Assembly (NCBI GenBank): GCA_031256795.1
Contig: JAIRPW010000013.1
Location: 21,039 to 85,038, forward strand
Direction of reading: 5' to 3'
DNA: 64,000 nucleotides
Origin: Zoogloeaceae bacterium
GTDB lineage: Bacteria > Pseudomonadota > Gammaproteobacteria > Burkholderiales > Rhodocyclaceae
The notes below the pieces were generated by a model that saw only the letters and a program-made list of their open reading frames with translations, was not told the origin of the DNA and made no database searches. The position numbers were made by a program, and so were the translations under genes. Below are positions 19,713 to 30,186 of the stretch, piece by piece. How positions within the stretch are numbered: the first letter of the stretch is position 1; every line of letters begins with the position of its first letter.

Positions 19713-21206
19713 TTACATCAGCACAATATCGTACTGTTCGGTGGCGTAACTCGCTTCCGCTTGCAGGGAAATGGGCTTGCCGATTTCATCAGAAACGAGC
19801 GCGAGCGCAGGCGACTCTTCTTCCTGCAAGAGATCAATGATTGCCGGTCTCGCCAATACGCGGTACTCCCGCGCGTTAAATTGCCGCGCCTCACGCAGTA
19901 ATTCGCGCAAAATTTCATAGGCCATAGTACGCGCGGTTTTCACCTCGCCTCGCCCGCCACAGGCCGCGCACGCCTCGCACAACACATGCGCCAGTGACTC
20001 GCGGGTACGCTTCCGCGTCATTTCAACCAGACCCAGCGCGGTAAAGCCATTCACTGTCATCCGGGTATGATCTCCGGACAGCGCTTTGCTAAATTCCGCC
20101 AGCACCGCATTTCGATGTTCCACGTTGTCCATGTCGATAAAATCAATGACGATAATACCGCCCAAATTCCTGAGACGAAGCTGGCGGGCAATGGCTTGCG
20201 CGGCCTCCAGGTTGGTTTTAAAAATGGTATCGTCAAAATTGCGCACACCAACAAAACCACCGGTGTTGACATCAATGGTGGTCATCGCCTCGTTCTGATC
20301 CAGAATAAGATACCCGCCAGACTTGAGATCAACCCGGCGCTCCAGCGCCTTTTCAATCTCGTCTTCCACGCCATACAGATCGAAAAGCGGGCGCGGCCCC
20401 GCATAGGCTTCCAGAAGCGGCAACACCGCCGGCGTATATTCCTGCGCAAAGCCGCACAGCTGCGCGTAATCTTCAGCAGAATCACTGATGATGCGGGTAG
20501 TATCCGAATTGACCAGATCCCGTAGCACACGTTGCGCGAGACTCAATTCGCAATACAAAGCCGATGGCGCGCCAGCCGTTTTAGCGCGCTCACGAATGTC
20601 GCGCCAAAGTTTGCGCAAATAGGCGATGTCATTGGTCAATTCCTCATCGCTCGCGTTTTCCGCCATGGTGCGCACAATAAACCCGCCCTCTTCGTCTTCT
20701 GGAACCAGGGCGGTAAGCCGCGCGCGCAGAGATTCGCGCCCCGCCTCGCCTTCAATCCGCTGGGAAATGCCGATATGCTTTTCCTGCGGCAAATAGACCA
20801 GCATTCGTCCAGCCAGCGAAATTTGCGTAGAAAGCCGCGCGCCCTTGCTGCCTAAAGGGTCTTTGATAACCTGCACCAGCAAACTTTGCCCTTCGGAAAG
20901 TTTGCGTTCAATTGGACAAATTTCCGCCTTGACTTCGCGTCCATACTCGTTTCGCTCCCGCGCTTGCCAAATATCCACGACATGCAAAAACGCGGCGCGT
21001 TCCAGACCAATATCAATGAAAGCGGACTGCATTCCCGGAAGAATACGGTTCACATGCCCCAGATAAATATTGCCCACCAAGCCGCGGTTCGCCAAACGCT
21101 CAATATGGATTTCCTGCACCACGCCCTGCGCGAGAATCGCTACGCGCGTTTCTCTCGGCGCAAAATTGATTAAAATTGATTCGGTCATAAAAGGCGTGTC
21201 TGCCAT
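19713..21206 (-). CDS. rng: Ribonuclease G
   Basis: VGNIYLGHVNRILPGMQSAFIDIG, TTIDVNTG, IDFIDM, GLVEMTRKR. Confidence 0.95.
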   Translation of the reverse strand: MADTPFMTESILINFAPRETRVAILAQGVVQEIHIERLANRGLVGNIYLGHVNRILPGMQSAFIDIGLERAAFLHVVDIWQARERNEYGREVKAEICPIERKLSEGQSLLVQVIKDPLGSKGARLSTQISLAGRMLVYLPQEKHIGISQRIEGEAGRESLRARLTALVPEDEEGGFIVRTMAENASDEELTNDIAYLRKLWRDIRERAKTAGAPSALYCELSLAQRVLRDLVNSDTTRIISDSAEDYAQLCGFAQEYTPAVLPLLEAYAGPRPLFDLYGVEDEIEKALERRVDLKSGGYLILDQNEAMTTIDVNTGGFVGVRNFDDTIFKTNLEAAQAIARQLRLRNLGGIIVIDFIDMDNVEHRNAVLAEFSKALSGDHTRMTVNGFTALGLVEMTRKRTRESLAHVLCEACAACGGRGEVKTARTMAYEILRELLREARQFNAREYRVLARPAIIDLLQEEESPALALVSDEIGKPISLQAEASYATEQYDIVLM

Positions 21207-21220
21207 TCGTCAGGGTTATA

Positions 21221-21835
21221 TCAGACGCTCGCAAAAACCGCGTCTATCTCTTGCCGCAGCGCAGCGTAATCCCGCGTCACCGGAAGTTGCGGAAATTCTC
21301 GCGCCAGTTTTTCTGGCGGACAAAACAAAATACCGCCTTCTGCTTCACGCAGCATGGCAATGTCGTTATAGGAATCTCCCGCCGCCGCAACGCGAAAATT
21401 CAATTCCTTGAATCGTCGGACAGCCTCCTGTTTTTGATTCGGCATACGCAGCCGGTAATCGCTTACGAAACCCTCCGCATCGCATTCCAGGCTGTGACAA
21501 AACAAGGTTGGCCACCCCAGCCGCCGCATCAGGGGCTTGGCAAACTCGTAAAAAGTATCAGAAAGAATAATGACCTGATACGTTTCACGCAGCGCCGCAA
21601 GAAATTCTCCCGCCCCCGGAAACGGCGACATGCCCGCAATAACGTCTTGAATATCCGGCAAACCCAGGCGATGTTCTCGCAGAATGCGCAGCCGATATTG
21701 CATCAACTTGTCGTAATCCGGCTCATCACGTGTCGTCCGGCTTAACGCGGGTACGCCAACGCGCCGGGAAAATTCAATCCATATCTCCGGAACCAGCACT
21801 CCTTCCAAATCAAGACAAACCAAGCGCACGGGCAT
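21221..21835 (-). CDS. thrH: Phosphoserine phosphatase / homoserine phosphotransferase
   Basis: CLDLEGVLVPEIW, ILSDTFYEF, AAGDSYND. Confidence 0.92.
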   Translation of the reverse strand: MPVRLVCLDLEGVLVPEIWIEFSRRVGVPALSRTTRDEPDYDKLMQYRLRILREHRLGLPDIQDVIAGMSPFPGAGEFLAALRETYQVIILSDTFYEFAKPLMRRLGWPTLFCHSLECDAEGFVSDYRLRMPNQKQEAVRRFKELNFRVAAAGDSYNDIAMLREAEGGILFCPPEKLAREFPQLPVTRDYAALRQEIDAVFASV

Positions 21836-21924
21836 CCTTTCATTTCATAACAAAGCAGTCAGGACGTCATTTTACCTAATCTTTCCATTCTGTTCTGACG
21901 CTCTTGTCCGAAGAAAGCGTGAAA

Positions 21925-23136
21925 TTACCGGTATAACAAAAAGTCTGCGCGCGCCTCTGCCCACAATGCCTCATCCTTCACGGCCAGAGCATTCAAATCC
22001 CCAGGTTCGGATTCTGAATCGTCCACCCATTCCCTAAGGAGCGGGCTGCCATTGATAAGATCAATAGGTAACCGATCGGATTCATATTCGTAAACAAAAT
22101 CACGCCATAAAGGATATTCGGGGGATATGCGGCGCAAAGCCTTGAAAAAAAGCGCCAGCAAGCGCCAGGGATGAAAACGATCCGGATCAAGAAACGGCGG
22201 CTCCGCATGTATTTGCAAGCCCTGACACAGCCGTCCCGCGTGTTTATGAAAAACAGGCTCAAACCCGCATTCACGTAGCGCGCAACCTGTCATCCATTCC
22301 GGGGCAAGCCGCCGCATTTCATTAAGAATCGCCGTGACGTCCAAATCCGGCGCGCCGCACATTTCCAAAGGGCGCGTTGTTCCGCGCCCCTCGGAAAGCG
22401 TCGTACCTTCCAGAAGCACTGTACCCGCATATGCCCGCGCCATGGAAAGCGAGGCTGCGTTCGGACTGGGGTTCACCCAGATGCGATCTTCCACCGGCCA
22501 GCCATAGCCAGGCGCAAGCTCCGGCCTCCAGCCCTCCATGGGAATCACCTGATACTCCATTTTGAGACGCAAGGTCGCCACAAACCAATGCGTTAATTCT
22601 CCCAGAGTCAGGCCGTGCCGCATTGGCAGAGCGCCAGCGCCGACAAAGCTCTCCCACCCATCGCGCAATGTCAGACCTTCAATCGGTCTGCCTGCCGGAT
22701 TCGGGCGATCCAGCACCCATACCGCTTTTTGCCGCGACGCGCACGCTTCCAGCACATAGCGCAGCGTCGTGATAAAAGTGTAAATACGACAGCCTACGTC
22801 CTGTAAATCCACAAGCAGCACGTCAAAATGATCCAGCATTTCCGCCGTAAGCGTGCGCGTTTTCCCATATAGACTGAAAACCGGAATGCCGCGCCTCGCG
22901 TCAAAAAAGTCTTCCGACTCCCTCATGTTGTCCTGTTGGTCGCCCCTCAAGCCGTGTTGAGGGCCAAAAGCCGCTGTCAACTGGATTTCCGGCAGCGCCG
23001 CCAGCGCGTCTAGCGCGTGAGTCAATTCTTTTGTCACAGACGCCGGATGCGCCAGCAGGGCAACGGATCTCCCGGCCAAGGGACGCCGCAAATTTGCCTC
23101 GCGTAAGAGCCTATCCAGGCCAAAATAACATGTCAT
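21925..23136 (-). CDS. Exo-beta-N-acetylmuramidase NamZ family (DUF1343)
   Basis: FGPQHG, DLQDVGCRIYTF, LDRPNP, NPSPN, TTLSEGRGTTRPLE. Confidence 0.85.
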   Translation of the reverse strand: MTCYFGLDRLLREANLRRPLAGRSVALLAHPASVTKELTHALDALAALPEIQLTAAFGPQHGLRGDQQDNMRESEDFFDARRGIPVFSLYGKTRTLTAEMLDHFDVLLVDLQDVGCRIYTFITTLRYVLEACASRQKAVWVLDRPNPAGRPIEGLTLRDGWESFVGAGALPMRHGLTLGELTHWFVATLRLKMEYQVIPMEGWRPELAPGYGWPVEDRIWVNPSPNAASLSMARAYAGTVLLEGTTLSEGRGTTRPLEMCGAPDLDVTAILNEMRRLAPEWMTGCALRECGFEPVFHKHAGRLCQGLQIHAEPPFLDPDRFHPWRLLALFFKALRRISPEYPLWRDFVYEYESDRLPIDLINGSPLLREWVDDSESEPGDLNALAVKDEALWAEARADFLLYR

Positions 23137-23175
23137 TTTTGTGCGTTCTCGTGAACCGTAAAAATCAAAATGCTT

Positions 23176-23709
23176 TCAAGGAATGAAAAGGGAAAAACTT
23201 TTGGCATGATGAAAGTCCGGCGCGCCTGATTCAGGATGCTGCGCAGCATAATAAAGACAATGACCATCCGCGCGTTCCAGTACGGCAGACAGCGCCAAAC
23301 GAACCGGGAAACTCCCTCTCGGTAAAAGAAGCGTGGCGCGCAAAAGAAGACATTTCGCCGTGCGCGACCATTCCATATTCGGTACGACAGGAAAAGCCGC
23401 ACGCTCCTGCCGTTGCCGATACGCGGAAAAAGCGTATGCCGCCCACTGCCCAGAGGGAGAAAAATTGTATTCCCAATAAGAAGAACTTTCTTTGCGCCGC
23501 CAAAAAACCTCAAAGCAGCTATGCGCCCACAAACGATCCGCCTCCACCTGGTCAGCCGCACCGGGAATTCTGAGTACCGATAAATCGCCGAGAAGCTGAT
23601 AGGTCAGAGACAGCGCCTCACTTTCGCGCGCAACTTCAACGCGGATGCGCTGAATTTCCGCTTCGGCGTCTTGGTGTAGGCGCAAATCAATTACGCGCGA
23701 ATGTTTCAC
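23176..23709 (-). CDS. DOMON-like domain protein
   Basis: LWAHSCFEVF, YWEYNFSPSGQWAAYAFSAYR, PDFHH. Confidence 0.75.
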   Translation of the reverse strand: MKHSRVIDLRLHQDAEAEIQRIRVEVARESEALSLTYQLLGDLSVLRIPGAADQVEADRLWAHSCFEVFWRRKESSSYWEYNFSPSGQWAAYAFSAYRQRQERAAFPVVPNMEWSRTAKCLLLRATLLLPRGSFPVRLALSAVLERADGHCLYYAAQHPESGAPDFHHAKSFSLFIP

Positions 23710-23717
23710 ATGAAACC
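23702..23717. promoter_or_regulatory. parS site 1 (ParB-binding centromere)
   Basis: TGTTTCACATGAAACC versus consensus TGTTTCACGTGAAACA; overlaps the start codon of the DOMON gene. Confidence 0.75.
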
Positions 23718-23742
23718 TGTTTTTGCGGCATAACTGGACGAG

Positions 23743-23758
23743 GGTTTCACGTGAAACA
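23743..23758. promoter_or_regulatory. parS site 2
   Basis: GGTTTCACGTGAAACA contains the perfect 14-bp palindrome GTTTCACGTGAAAC. Confidence 0.85.
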
Positions 23759-23800
23759 ATCCTTTCTCTTGTCTCGCGCCGTGTTCGTATTCCTGCGCGG

Positions 23801-23809
23801 TGCTAGAAT
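23801..23809 (+). promoter_or_regulatory. Extended -10 promoter element for ilvE
   Basis: TGCTAGAAT (TGn+TANAAT); AGGAG RBS at 23861-23865. Confidence 0.5.
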
Positions 23810-23874
23810 TACAGCCTTGATTGACGATGAACATTCTGCCCATTTGTGGCAATTCGCGCAAGGAGAACACAACG

Positions 23875-24804
23875 ATGTCAATGTCCATAGCAGACCGTGA
23901 CGGCTTTATCTGGTACGACGGCCAATTGGTCCCGTGGCGCGAAGCCACCACCCATGTTCTGACACATTCACTGCATTATGGCATGGGCGTCTTTGAGGGC
24001 TTGCGCGCCTATCGGTCTGAATCCGGAAAAAGCGCTATCTTCCGCCTGGACGCACACACCAATCGTCTTTTTAATTCCGCCCGTATTTTCCAGATGGAAA
24101 TTCCCTGGTCGAAAGATATTGTCAATGAAGCGCACAAAGAAGTACTGCGCGCCAATCAACTGGTTGAAGGATATATTCGGCCACTGGTTTTTTATGGCTC
24201 AGAGAAAATGGGGGTTTCGCCGAAAGGCGCAAAAGTGCACCTCATTATTGCCGCATGGCCGTGGGGAGCATATCTTGGCGAGGAAGCGCTCACGCGCGGA
24301 ATCCGGGTCAAGATTTCCAGCTTTACCCGTCATCATGTCAATATTTCCATGGTACGCGCCAAAGCATCCGGGCATTACATCAACTCCATTCTCGCCAATA
24401 ACGAGGTGCTGGCCGCCGGCTATGATGAAGCCATGCTGCTGGACCCAGAGGGCTATGTAGCCGAAGGTTCCGGGGAAAATCTCTTTATCGTTAAAAATGG
24501 CGTGCTTTATACCCCAGAATTAACCGCCTGTTTGGAAGGCATCACGCGCGATACTATTATGAATCTGGCGCTCGAAGCGGGAATTCCTATACGGGAAAAA
24601 CGTATCACCCGCGATGAAGTTTACGGCGCGGATGAGGCTTTTTTTACCGGAACCGCCGCAGAAGTCACGCCAATCCGCGAACTCGACAACCGCGCTATCG
24701 CGGATGGAACGCGCGGCCCCATTACTGAACGGCTGCAATCTATGTATTTTGACGTGGTCTATGGGCGCGCGCCCGCGCGCCAAAATTGGCTCGCCTGGGT
24801 CTGA
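23875..24804 (+). CDS. ilvE: Branched-chain amino acid aminotransferase
   Basis: HSLHYGMGVFEGLRAY, KASGHYINS, EGSGEN, TGTAAEVTP. Confidence 0.95.
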   Translation: MSMSIADRDGFIWYDGQLVPWREATTHVLTHSLHYGMGVFEGLRAYRSESGKSAIFRLDAHTNRLFNSARIFQMEIPWSKDIVNEAHKEVLRANQLVEGYIRPLVFYGSEKMGVSPKGAKVHLIIAAWPWGAYLGEEALTRGIRVKISSFTRHHVNISMVRAKASGHYINSILANNEVLAAGYDEAMLLDPEGYVAEGSGENLFIVKNGVLYTPELTACLEGITRDTIMNLALEAGIPIREKRITRDEVYGADEAFFTGTAAEVTPIRELDNRAIADGTRGPITERLQSMYFDVVYGRAPARQNWLAWV

Positions 24805-24827
24805 ACGTATTTCCAGCCTGATTTTCC

Positions 24828-25853
24828 ATGCGCGTCCTGATGATCGCGCCTGCGTGGATTGGCGACGCCATCATGGCGCAACCATTATTTGCGCGGCTTC
24901 TGCAAAAAAACCCGGATATATGTCTGGAAGCGCTCGCGCCCGCATGGGTTGCGCCCGCGCTCTCGCGTATGCGGGAAATTTCGCATGTGCGTCTTTCCCC
25001 TTTCGCGCACGGCGAACTGGCGTGGACAAGGCGGCGGCAGCTGGCGCGTGAATTAAAGCAGCGCGCCTATACCCGCGCCTATGTTTTGCCCAATTCCTTA
25101 AAGTCCGCGCTGATCCCCTTTTTTGCGGGTATTCCTGAACGCGTCGGCTTTACGGGAGAGGCTCGTTTTGGTTTATTGAATATCCGGCATCCTCTTGACA
25201 AGAAAAAACTGCCGCTGATTGTTGAGCGTTACGCGCAATTGGCGGAAGAACCAGGAGCGCCGCTTCCCAGGCCTGTTCCCGCGCCAGTTTTACGATCAAC
25301 GCCAGAAGAGCAATCCGCCACTTTACAAGCGCTTTCGCTAACCCGCCCTGATTCCGCCATAGCGCTTTGCCCTGGCGCGGAATATGGCTCCGCCAAGCGC
25401 TGGCCGGCGGAGCATTTTGCCGCTCTTGCGCGCGCATTGATCAAAGATGGCCACGCGCTTTTGCTTTTAGGTTCAGGAAAGGACCGCCCTATTGCAGATT
25501 CCATTCTGGCAACGCTGGAAAAAAGCGAGCAAGCACGTTGTCAAAATCTTTGCGGCCTGACGAGCATTCCACAGGCTATTGATTTGCTTGCGCTTGCGCG
25601 TCTGGTCGTTTGCAACGATTCCGGCCTGATGCACATTGCTGCCGCGCTGAATCGCCCGACGCTCGCGCTGTTTGGCTCCTCTTCTCCGGAAGTTACTCCG
25701 CCGCTGTCTGCTTTGGCGCGCGCCATTCATTTGCGCTTGCCTTGCAGCCCCTGCTTTCGGCGTATTTGTCCTTTGGGGCATCTGGATTGCCTGAACAAAA
25801 TCCGCCCGGAGCAAATCTCCGCGCTCTGCCGTACCCAGCTGGATAAAACATGA
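24828..25853 (+). CDS. waaF: LPS heptosyltransferase II
   Basis: PAWIGDAIM, LPNSLKSA, CPGAEYGSAKRWP, NDSGLMHIAAA. Confidence 0.93.
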   Translation: MRVLMIAPAWIGDAIMAQPLFARLLQKNPDICLEALAPAWVAPALSRMREISHVRLSPFAHGELAWTRRRQLARELKQRAYTRAYVLPNSLKSALIPFFAGIPERVGFTGEARFGLLNIRHPLDKKKLPLIVERYAQLAEEPGAPLPRPVPAPVLRSTPEEQSATLQALSLTRPDSAIALCPGAEYGSAKRWPAEHFAALARALIKDGHALLLLGSGKDRPIADSILATLEKSEQARCQNLCGLTSIPQAIDLLALARLVVCNDSGLMHIAAALNRPTLALFGSSSPEVTPPLSALARAIHLRLPCSPCFRRICPLGHLDCLNKIRPEQISALCRTQLDKT

Positions 25854-26308
25854 CGCTTTCCGTACATACATTTGCGACGCCGCACGACGCCGAAATGGCT
25901 TTTTACGCAGCGATTAGACAGCGGAATTTGGATGCGCTAATCGCCGTTTGGAGCGATGAAGAAGAAGTGCTTTGTATGCATCCCGGCATCCCTCCGCTTG
26001 TTTCTCTGGACAGTATACGAAAAGCCTGGCAGGAAATTTTTCGCCGCGTAAACCATATTCAGCTGGACGTCCGGCATTTTGCGCACTGGCAGGGATCTCT
26101 AATGAGCGCGCACCAATTGACGGAAATTTTACGAACCCGCGCGGGAAAAGAAGTCCGGGAAAGCACCTACCGCGTTACGCATCTTTACATTCGCGGCGGA
26201 CATGGCTGGCGACTGGTATGCCGCCACATTTCCTCAACCCAAAATGGGGAGGCTGCCGACATCCCCAGTGAAAAAGCCATGTCGGCGCTGCCGCGCATTT
26301 TGCATTGA
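25850..26308 (+). CDS. NTF2-like (SnoaL/DUF4440) protein
   Basis: AEMAFYAA...WSDEEEVLCMHPG...GWRLVCRHIS. Confidence 0.75.
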   Translation: MTLSVHTFATPHDAEMAFYAAIRQRNLDALIAVWSDEEEVLCMHPGIPPLVSLDSIRKAWQEIFRRVNHIQLDVRHFAHWQGSLMSAHQLTEILRTRAGKEVRESTYRVTHLYIRGGHGWRLVCRHISSTQNGEAADIPSEKAMSALPRILH

Positions 26309-26332
26309 GCGGCGGCGTACAATCCCTTTGCT

Positions 26333-26983
26333 ATGTTTCGCTGGAATATTCTTGCTCCCGCCGCATGGCGCGAACTTGTTTGCGGCGCGGAAGTCCTGGA
26401 AGAGGACGGCTCTGGCGTCAAGGTGCTGCGCCTTCCCGATCAGACAATTGTCAAACTTTTCCGCCGCAAACGCTTGCTGTCTTCCGCTCTTTTTTATCCT
26501 TACGCGCGGCGCTTTGCGGATAACGCCCTTTTGCTTGCCGAACGCGGAATTCCCTGCCCGACGGTGCTGACCCTTGCGCGCGTTCCTTCCATTGTCCGCG
26601 ACGTCGTGCGCTATCAGCCGCTTCCTGGAAACACGCTGCGCGAAGAACTCGCGCGCCCGACGAATGTCCCCGAAAACGCCAGAGCAACCCTAACGGCCTT
26701 TGGTGTGTTTGTCGCGCACCTACACGAAAAGGGAATTTATTTCCGTTCCCTGCATTTGGGCAATGTAGTGCATACCGCGGAAGGTATGTTTGGCCTGATT
26801 GATTTTGCTGACCTTTCCTGCCGCTCTCGTCCATTGGGCGTTTCTTTGCGGCGGCGCAATTTTCGTCACCTTTTCCGCTTGCCGAAAGACCGCGCTCTTT
26901 TGCTTTCTGATGACGGAGCGGCTTTTTCCGCCGGATATATCAGCGCCAGCCAAAATTTTGTGCCGCGCATTCCCATACGTTAA
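26333..26983 (+). CDS. Kdo/WaaP-like LPS kinase-fold protein (toluene-tolerance type)
   Basis: VKLFRRK, LHEKGIYFRSLHLGN, LIDFADL. Confidence 0.7.
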   Translation: MFRWNILAPAAWRELVCGAEVLEEDGSGVKVLRLPDQTIVKLFRRKRLLSSALFYPYARRFADNALLLAERGIPCPTVLTLARVPSIVRDVVRYQPLPGNTLREELARPTNVPENARATLTAFGVFVAHLHEKGIYFRSLHLGNVVHTAEGMFGLIDFADLSCRSRPLGVSLRRRNFRHLFRLPKDRALLLSDDGAAFSAGYISASQNFVPRIPIR

Positions 26984-27582
26984 ACACCTCCGATTCCATA
27001 TTCAAGTATTTGTTTTGAAATTTCCATTTTTGATTTCCCTTGTCGCAATTTTTTAGCCCAATTTCTACCAGGATGGATAGTATCCCATGATGAAATTTGC
27101 TGGTTGTATCTGCCACTACCAGGGTCGTGGTTTCCAAACCCATCAACAATAATATTCCAAAGTGGTTTTGTTCTTTCAATGAGTAAAGACTCGCCTAACG
27201 GGATCCAAATGTCATCAACAACTAAAAAGCGGCAATAAAAATTGTCAATACTTAAGTTTTCAGCCGCTTCAATAGATTTTCTATGCTCATTAAGCCGCTT
27301 GTAAAGATATTCACCGACAGGTATATCTAATTCAAGACCACCTTTGCGTCCGCCTTCTGGTATAGCTTTTCCTGCATAAATAGGTTGGACAAAATCTTTT
27401 TTATTTTTCTCGCTTATATTTTTGTAAAGTGGAAAATCGCCTTTATAATAAATGGCATAAATTCCAGCGCCGTTAAAAGACGGTAATTCCCTTAACGGAA
27501 AAACCTCTTTCTTGAAAATAGCGTCCGCGATGCTTACACCAAGGTTACGTTTGTCTAACGGGTTAAAAACTTCCGTGTCCAT
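26980..27582 (-). CDS. Eco29kI-family GIY-YIG restriction endonuclease
   Basis: [38 protein letters not shown]...DGFGNHDPGSGRYNQ; low GC. Confidence 0.85.
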   Translation of the reverse strand: MDTEVFNPLDKRNLGVSIADAIFKKEVFPLRELPSFNGAGIYAIYYKGDFPLYKNISEKNKKDFVQPIYAGKAIPEGGRKGGLELDIPVGEYLYKRLNEHRKSIEAAENLSIDNFYCRFLVVDDIWIPLGESLLIERTKPLWNIIVDGFGNHDPGSGRYNQQISSWDTIHPGRNWAKKLRQGKSKMEISKQILEYGIGGV

Positions 27583-28726
27583 AGTTTTTCCTTTTTGAAA
27601 AATATAAAGTCTTTCTAACAGAATCGGCAACAATAGCGCCGAGTTTCACCGGAACGGCATTGCCAATTTGCCGCATACTTTCTGTCCATGAGCAAGGGAA
27701 AAAGTAATCGTCGGGAAACGTTTGTATACGCGCCGCTTCCCGGATAGTTAAATAGCGGACAGCGCCATTATCCAGCACAATCATATTTTCACCGCCGGGG
27801 ACACCATGCGCTCCCGCCTTTATTGTTTTTGCGGGTTCGTCCATTGTGCTACCGGTGTGTCCGGGATAGACTTTTGCGCCATATTGAAATCTATGATTGT
27901 AATAATCATTGATCTCCATTGGGTTTGGTAAATCATGTATCGCGTCCCGCACTGTTACCCACGGTTTTTTTTCCGGCTGGTCAAACAGCGAAACATTAAC
28001 AGAATCAATTTTATGATGAAATTTAATGCTGTGTTTTTCCCAATATTCTTTAGTAATAAATTGGGTGTAATACAATGCTTCTGATGAATGTGTCGCGATG
28101 GGAAAAGTCCAGTTTCCGTTTATGTCGTTTCTGAAACCTACTATAAGCACACGCTCTCTTTTTTGCGGAACGCCGTAGTCGGCGGCATTTACTAAACGAA
28201 ACACAACATTATAAAAAAGACCCTTTTCATTTGCGCTTGTATGATATTTTTCAAGACGCGCCAAGTGGTCAATCCATTTTTCATTTTCTTTTTTCGTAAT
28301 TTCAGGATAGGTTAATTGCAAAATAATATATCCAAAATATTTTGAAAAACTTTTCCGTAATAGTCCACGGACGTTTTCAAAAATAAAAGCCTTAGGACGG
28401 ATTTCCGCAAGCGTCCGTGTCGCCTCAGAAAACAAATCGCGTTTGTCGTTATAGGCTTTATGCTTCCCGCCTATGGAAAATGGCTGACAGGGAGGGCCAC
28501 CGGAAAGCAAATCAATTTTATCCTGATAAGTGATAAAAGAAATATTATGAATATCATCATTAAATATCCATTCTTTTTTGTTATCAAACCCGAATTGTTT
28601 ATGATTATGGTGAAGCGTTTTTGCGGAATCCGCATCCCATTCAATAAGTTTGGTATGGGAAAAACCCGCATCGGCTACGCCCAACGCAAGTCCGCCGCCG
28701 CCCGCAAAAATTTCCAATGATTTCAC
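27563..28726 (-). CDS. C5-cytosine DNA methyltransferase (Eco29kI-type partner)
   Basis: [36 protein letters not shown]; low GC; GTG start overlaps the gatB TGA. Confidence 0.93.
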   Translation of the reverse strand: MKSLEIFAGGGGLALGVADAGFSHTKLIEWDADSAKTLHHNHKQFGFDNKKEWIFNDDIHNISFITYQDKIDLLSGGPPCQPFSIGGKHKAYNDKRDLFSEATRTLAEIRPKAFIFENVRGLLRKSFSKYFGYIILQLTYPEITKKENEKWIDHLARLEKYHTSANEKGLFYNVVFRLVNAADYGVPQKRERVLIVGFRNDINGNWTFPIATHSSEALYYTQFITKEYWEKHSIKFHHKIDSVNVSLFDQPEKKPWVTVRDAIHDLPNPMEINDYYNHRFQYGAKVYPGHTGSTMDEPAKTIKAGAHGVPGGENMIVLDNGAVRYLTIREAARIQTFPDDYFFPCSWTESMRQIGNAVPVKLGAIVADSVRKTLYFSKRKNYGHGSF

Positions 28727-30186
28727 TTCTCCCCCCCTTCCAGTCTTTGTTTTAACAACTGGTGCACTTGCTGCGGATTGGCCTTGCCTTTTGCGGCTTT
28801 CATCACTTGTCCCACCAGCGCGTGAAAGGCTTTTTCCTTTCCCGCTTTATATTCCGCGACATTGGCCGCGTTGGCGGACAAAACTTCCTCCACCAGCTTT
28901 TCTATCACCCCCGTATCCGTAATCTGCCTTAATCCCTTTGCCGCAATAATGGCGTCGGCGTTTTCGCCATCGCCCAGCCACAACGCTTCAAATACTTTCT
29001 TGCCGATAGCGTTGGAAATTGTCGCGTCCGCGATACGGCAAACCAAGCCGCCCAGTTGCGCGGCGGAAACCGGAGACTGCGCAATTTCCAGACCTTCACG
29101 ATTTAAACGCGCGGCCAAATCCACCATAATCCAGTTGGCGCAGGATTTCGCGTTCGCGTTATTATTTCCCGCCGCTGCCAGCGCGGCCTCAAAATAATCC
29201 GCCGTTTCCAGCGTAACCGTCAGCATTGCCGCCGCATAAGCGGAAAGCCCATAATCCCGGATAAACCGCTGCCGCTTCGCCTCCGGCAATTCCGGCAAGG
29301 CCATCCGTGTCTGTTCCAGCCAATCCCTTGCTACCGCGAGCGGTAAAAGATCCGGATCAGGAAAATAACGGTAATCATGCGCGTCCTCTTTGGAGCGCAT
29401 CGTGCGCGTCTCCCCCGTCGCGGGGTCAAAAAGCACCGTGGCCTGCTGAATTACGCCGCCGTCTTCCAGTATCTCAATCTGCCTTTTTACCTCGTATTCA
29501 ATCGCCTCCTTCAAGTACCGGAAGGAATTCAGATTCTTGATTTCCCGCCGGGTTCCCAGAGGCTCGCCTGTCCGGCGCACCGAAACATTGGCGTCACAGC
29601 GAAAAGAGCCTTCCTGCATATTGCCGTCACAAATGCCGATCCAGCGCACCAGCGCGTGCAGCGCCTTCGCGTACGCAACCGCCTCTTCGGCGGAGCGCAT
29701 ATCCGGCTCAGAAACAATTTCCAAAAGCGGCGTTCCCGCGCGGTTCAAATCAATGCCAGTCTTGCCGTGAATGTCCTCATGCAAGGATTTTCCGGCGTCT
29801 TCTTCCAAATGCGCGCGGGTCAGGCGCACCCGCTTTTCATGGCACTCTTCCCCTTGCCCCGCCACAATATCAATATGACCGCCTTCTACAATCGGCAAGT
29901 CAAATTGACTAATCTGATAGCCCTTGGGCAAATCTGGATAAAAATAATTTTTCCGCGCGAATACAGATTTTTCCGCGATTTTTCCGCCTACGGAAAGACC
30001 GAACCGAAGCGCGCATTCCACCGCGCCCCGGTTCAAAGTCGGCAAAACTCCAGGCAAAGCCAAATCCACCGGGGAAGCCTGCGTATTGGCCAACGCGCCA
30101 AAGCGCGTGGACGCGCCGGAAAAAATTTTGGAACACGTAGCCAACTGCACATGCGTTTCCAGGCCAATCACGACTTCCCAGGTCAT
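28723..30186 (-). CDS. gatB: Asp/Glu-tRNA amidotransferase subunit B
   Basis: [37 protein letters not shown]. Confidence 0.97.
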   Translation of the reverse strand: MTWEVVIGLETHVQLATCSKIFSGASTRFGALANTQASPVDLALPGVLPTLNRGAVECALRFGLSVGGKIAEKSVFARKNYFYPDLPKGYQISQFDLPIVEGGHIDIVAGQGEECHEKRVRLTRAHLEEDAGKSLHEDIHGKTGIDLNRAGTPLLEIVSEPDMRSAEEAVAYAKALHALVRWIGICDGNMQEGSFRCDANVSVRRTGEPLGTRREIKNLNSFRYLKEAIEYEVKRQIEILEDGGVIQQATVLFDPATGETRTMRSKEDAHDYRYFPDPDLLPLAVARDWLEQTRMALPELPEAKRQRFIRDYGLSAYAAAMLTVTLETADYFEAALAAAGNNNANAKSCANWIMVDLAARLNREGLEIAQSPVSAAQLGGLVCRIADATISNAIGKKVFEALWLGDGENADAIIAAKGLRQITDTGVIEKLVEEVLSANAANVAEYKAGKEKAFHALVGQVMKAAKGKANPQQVHQLLKQRLEGGEK

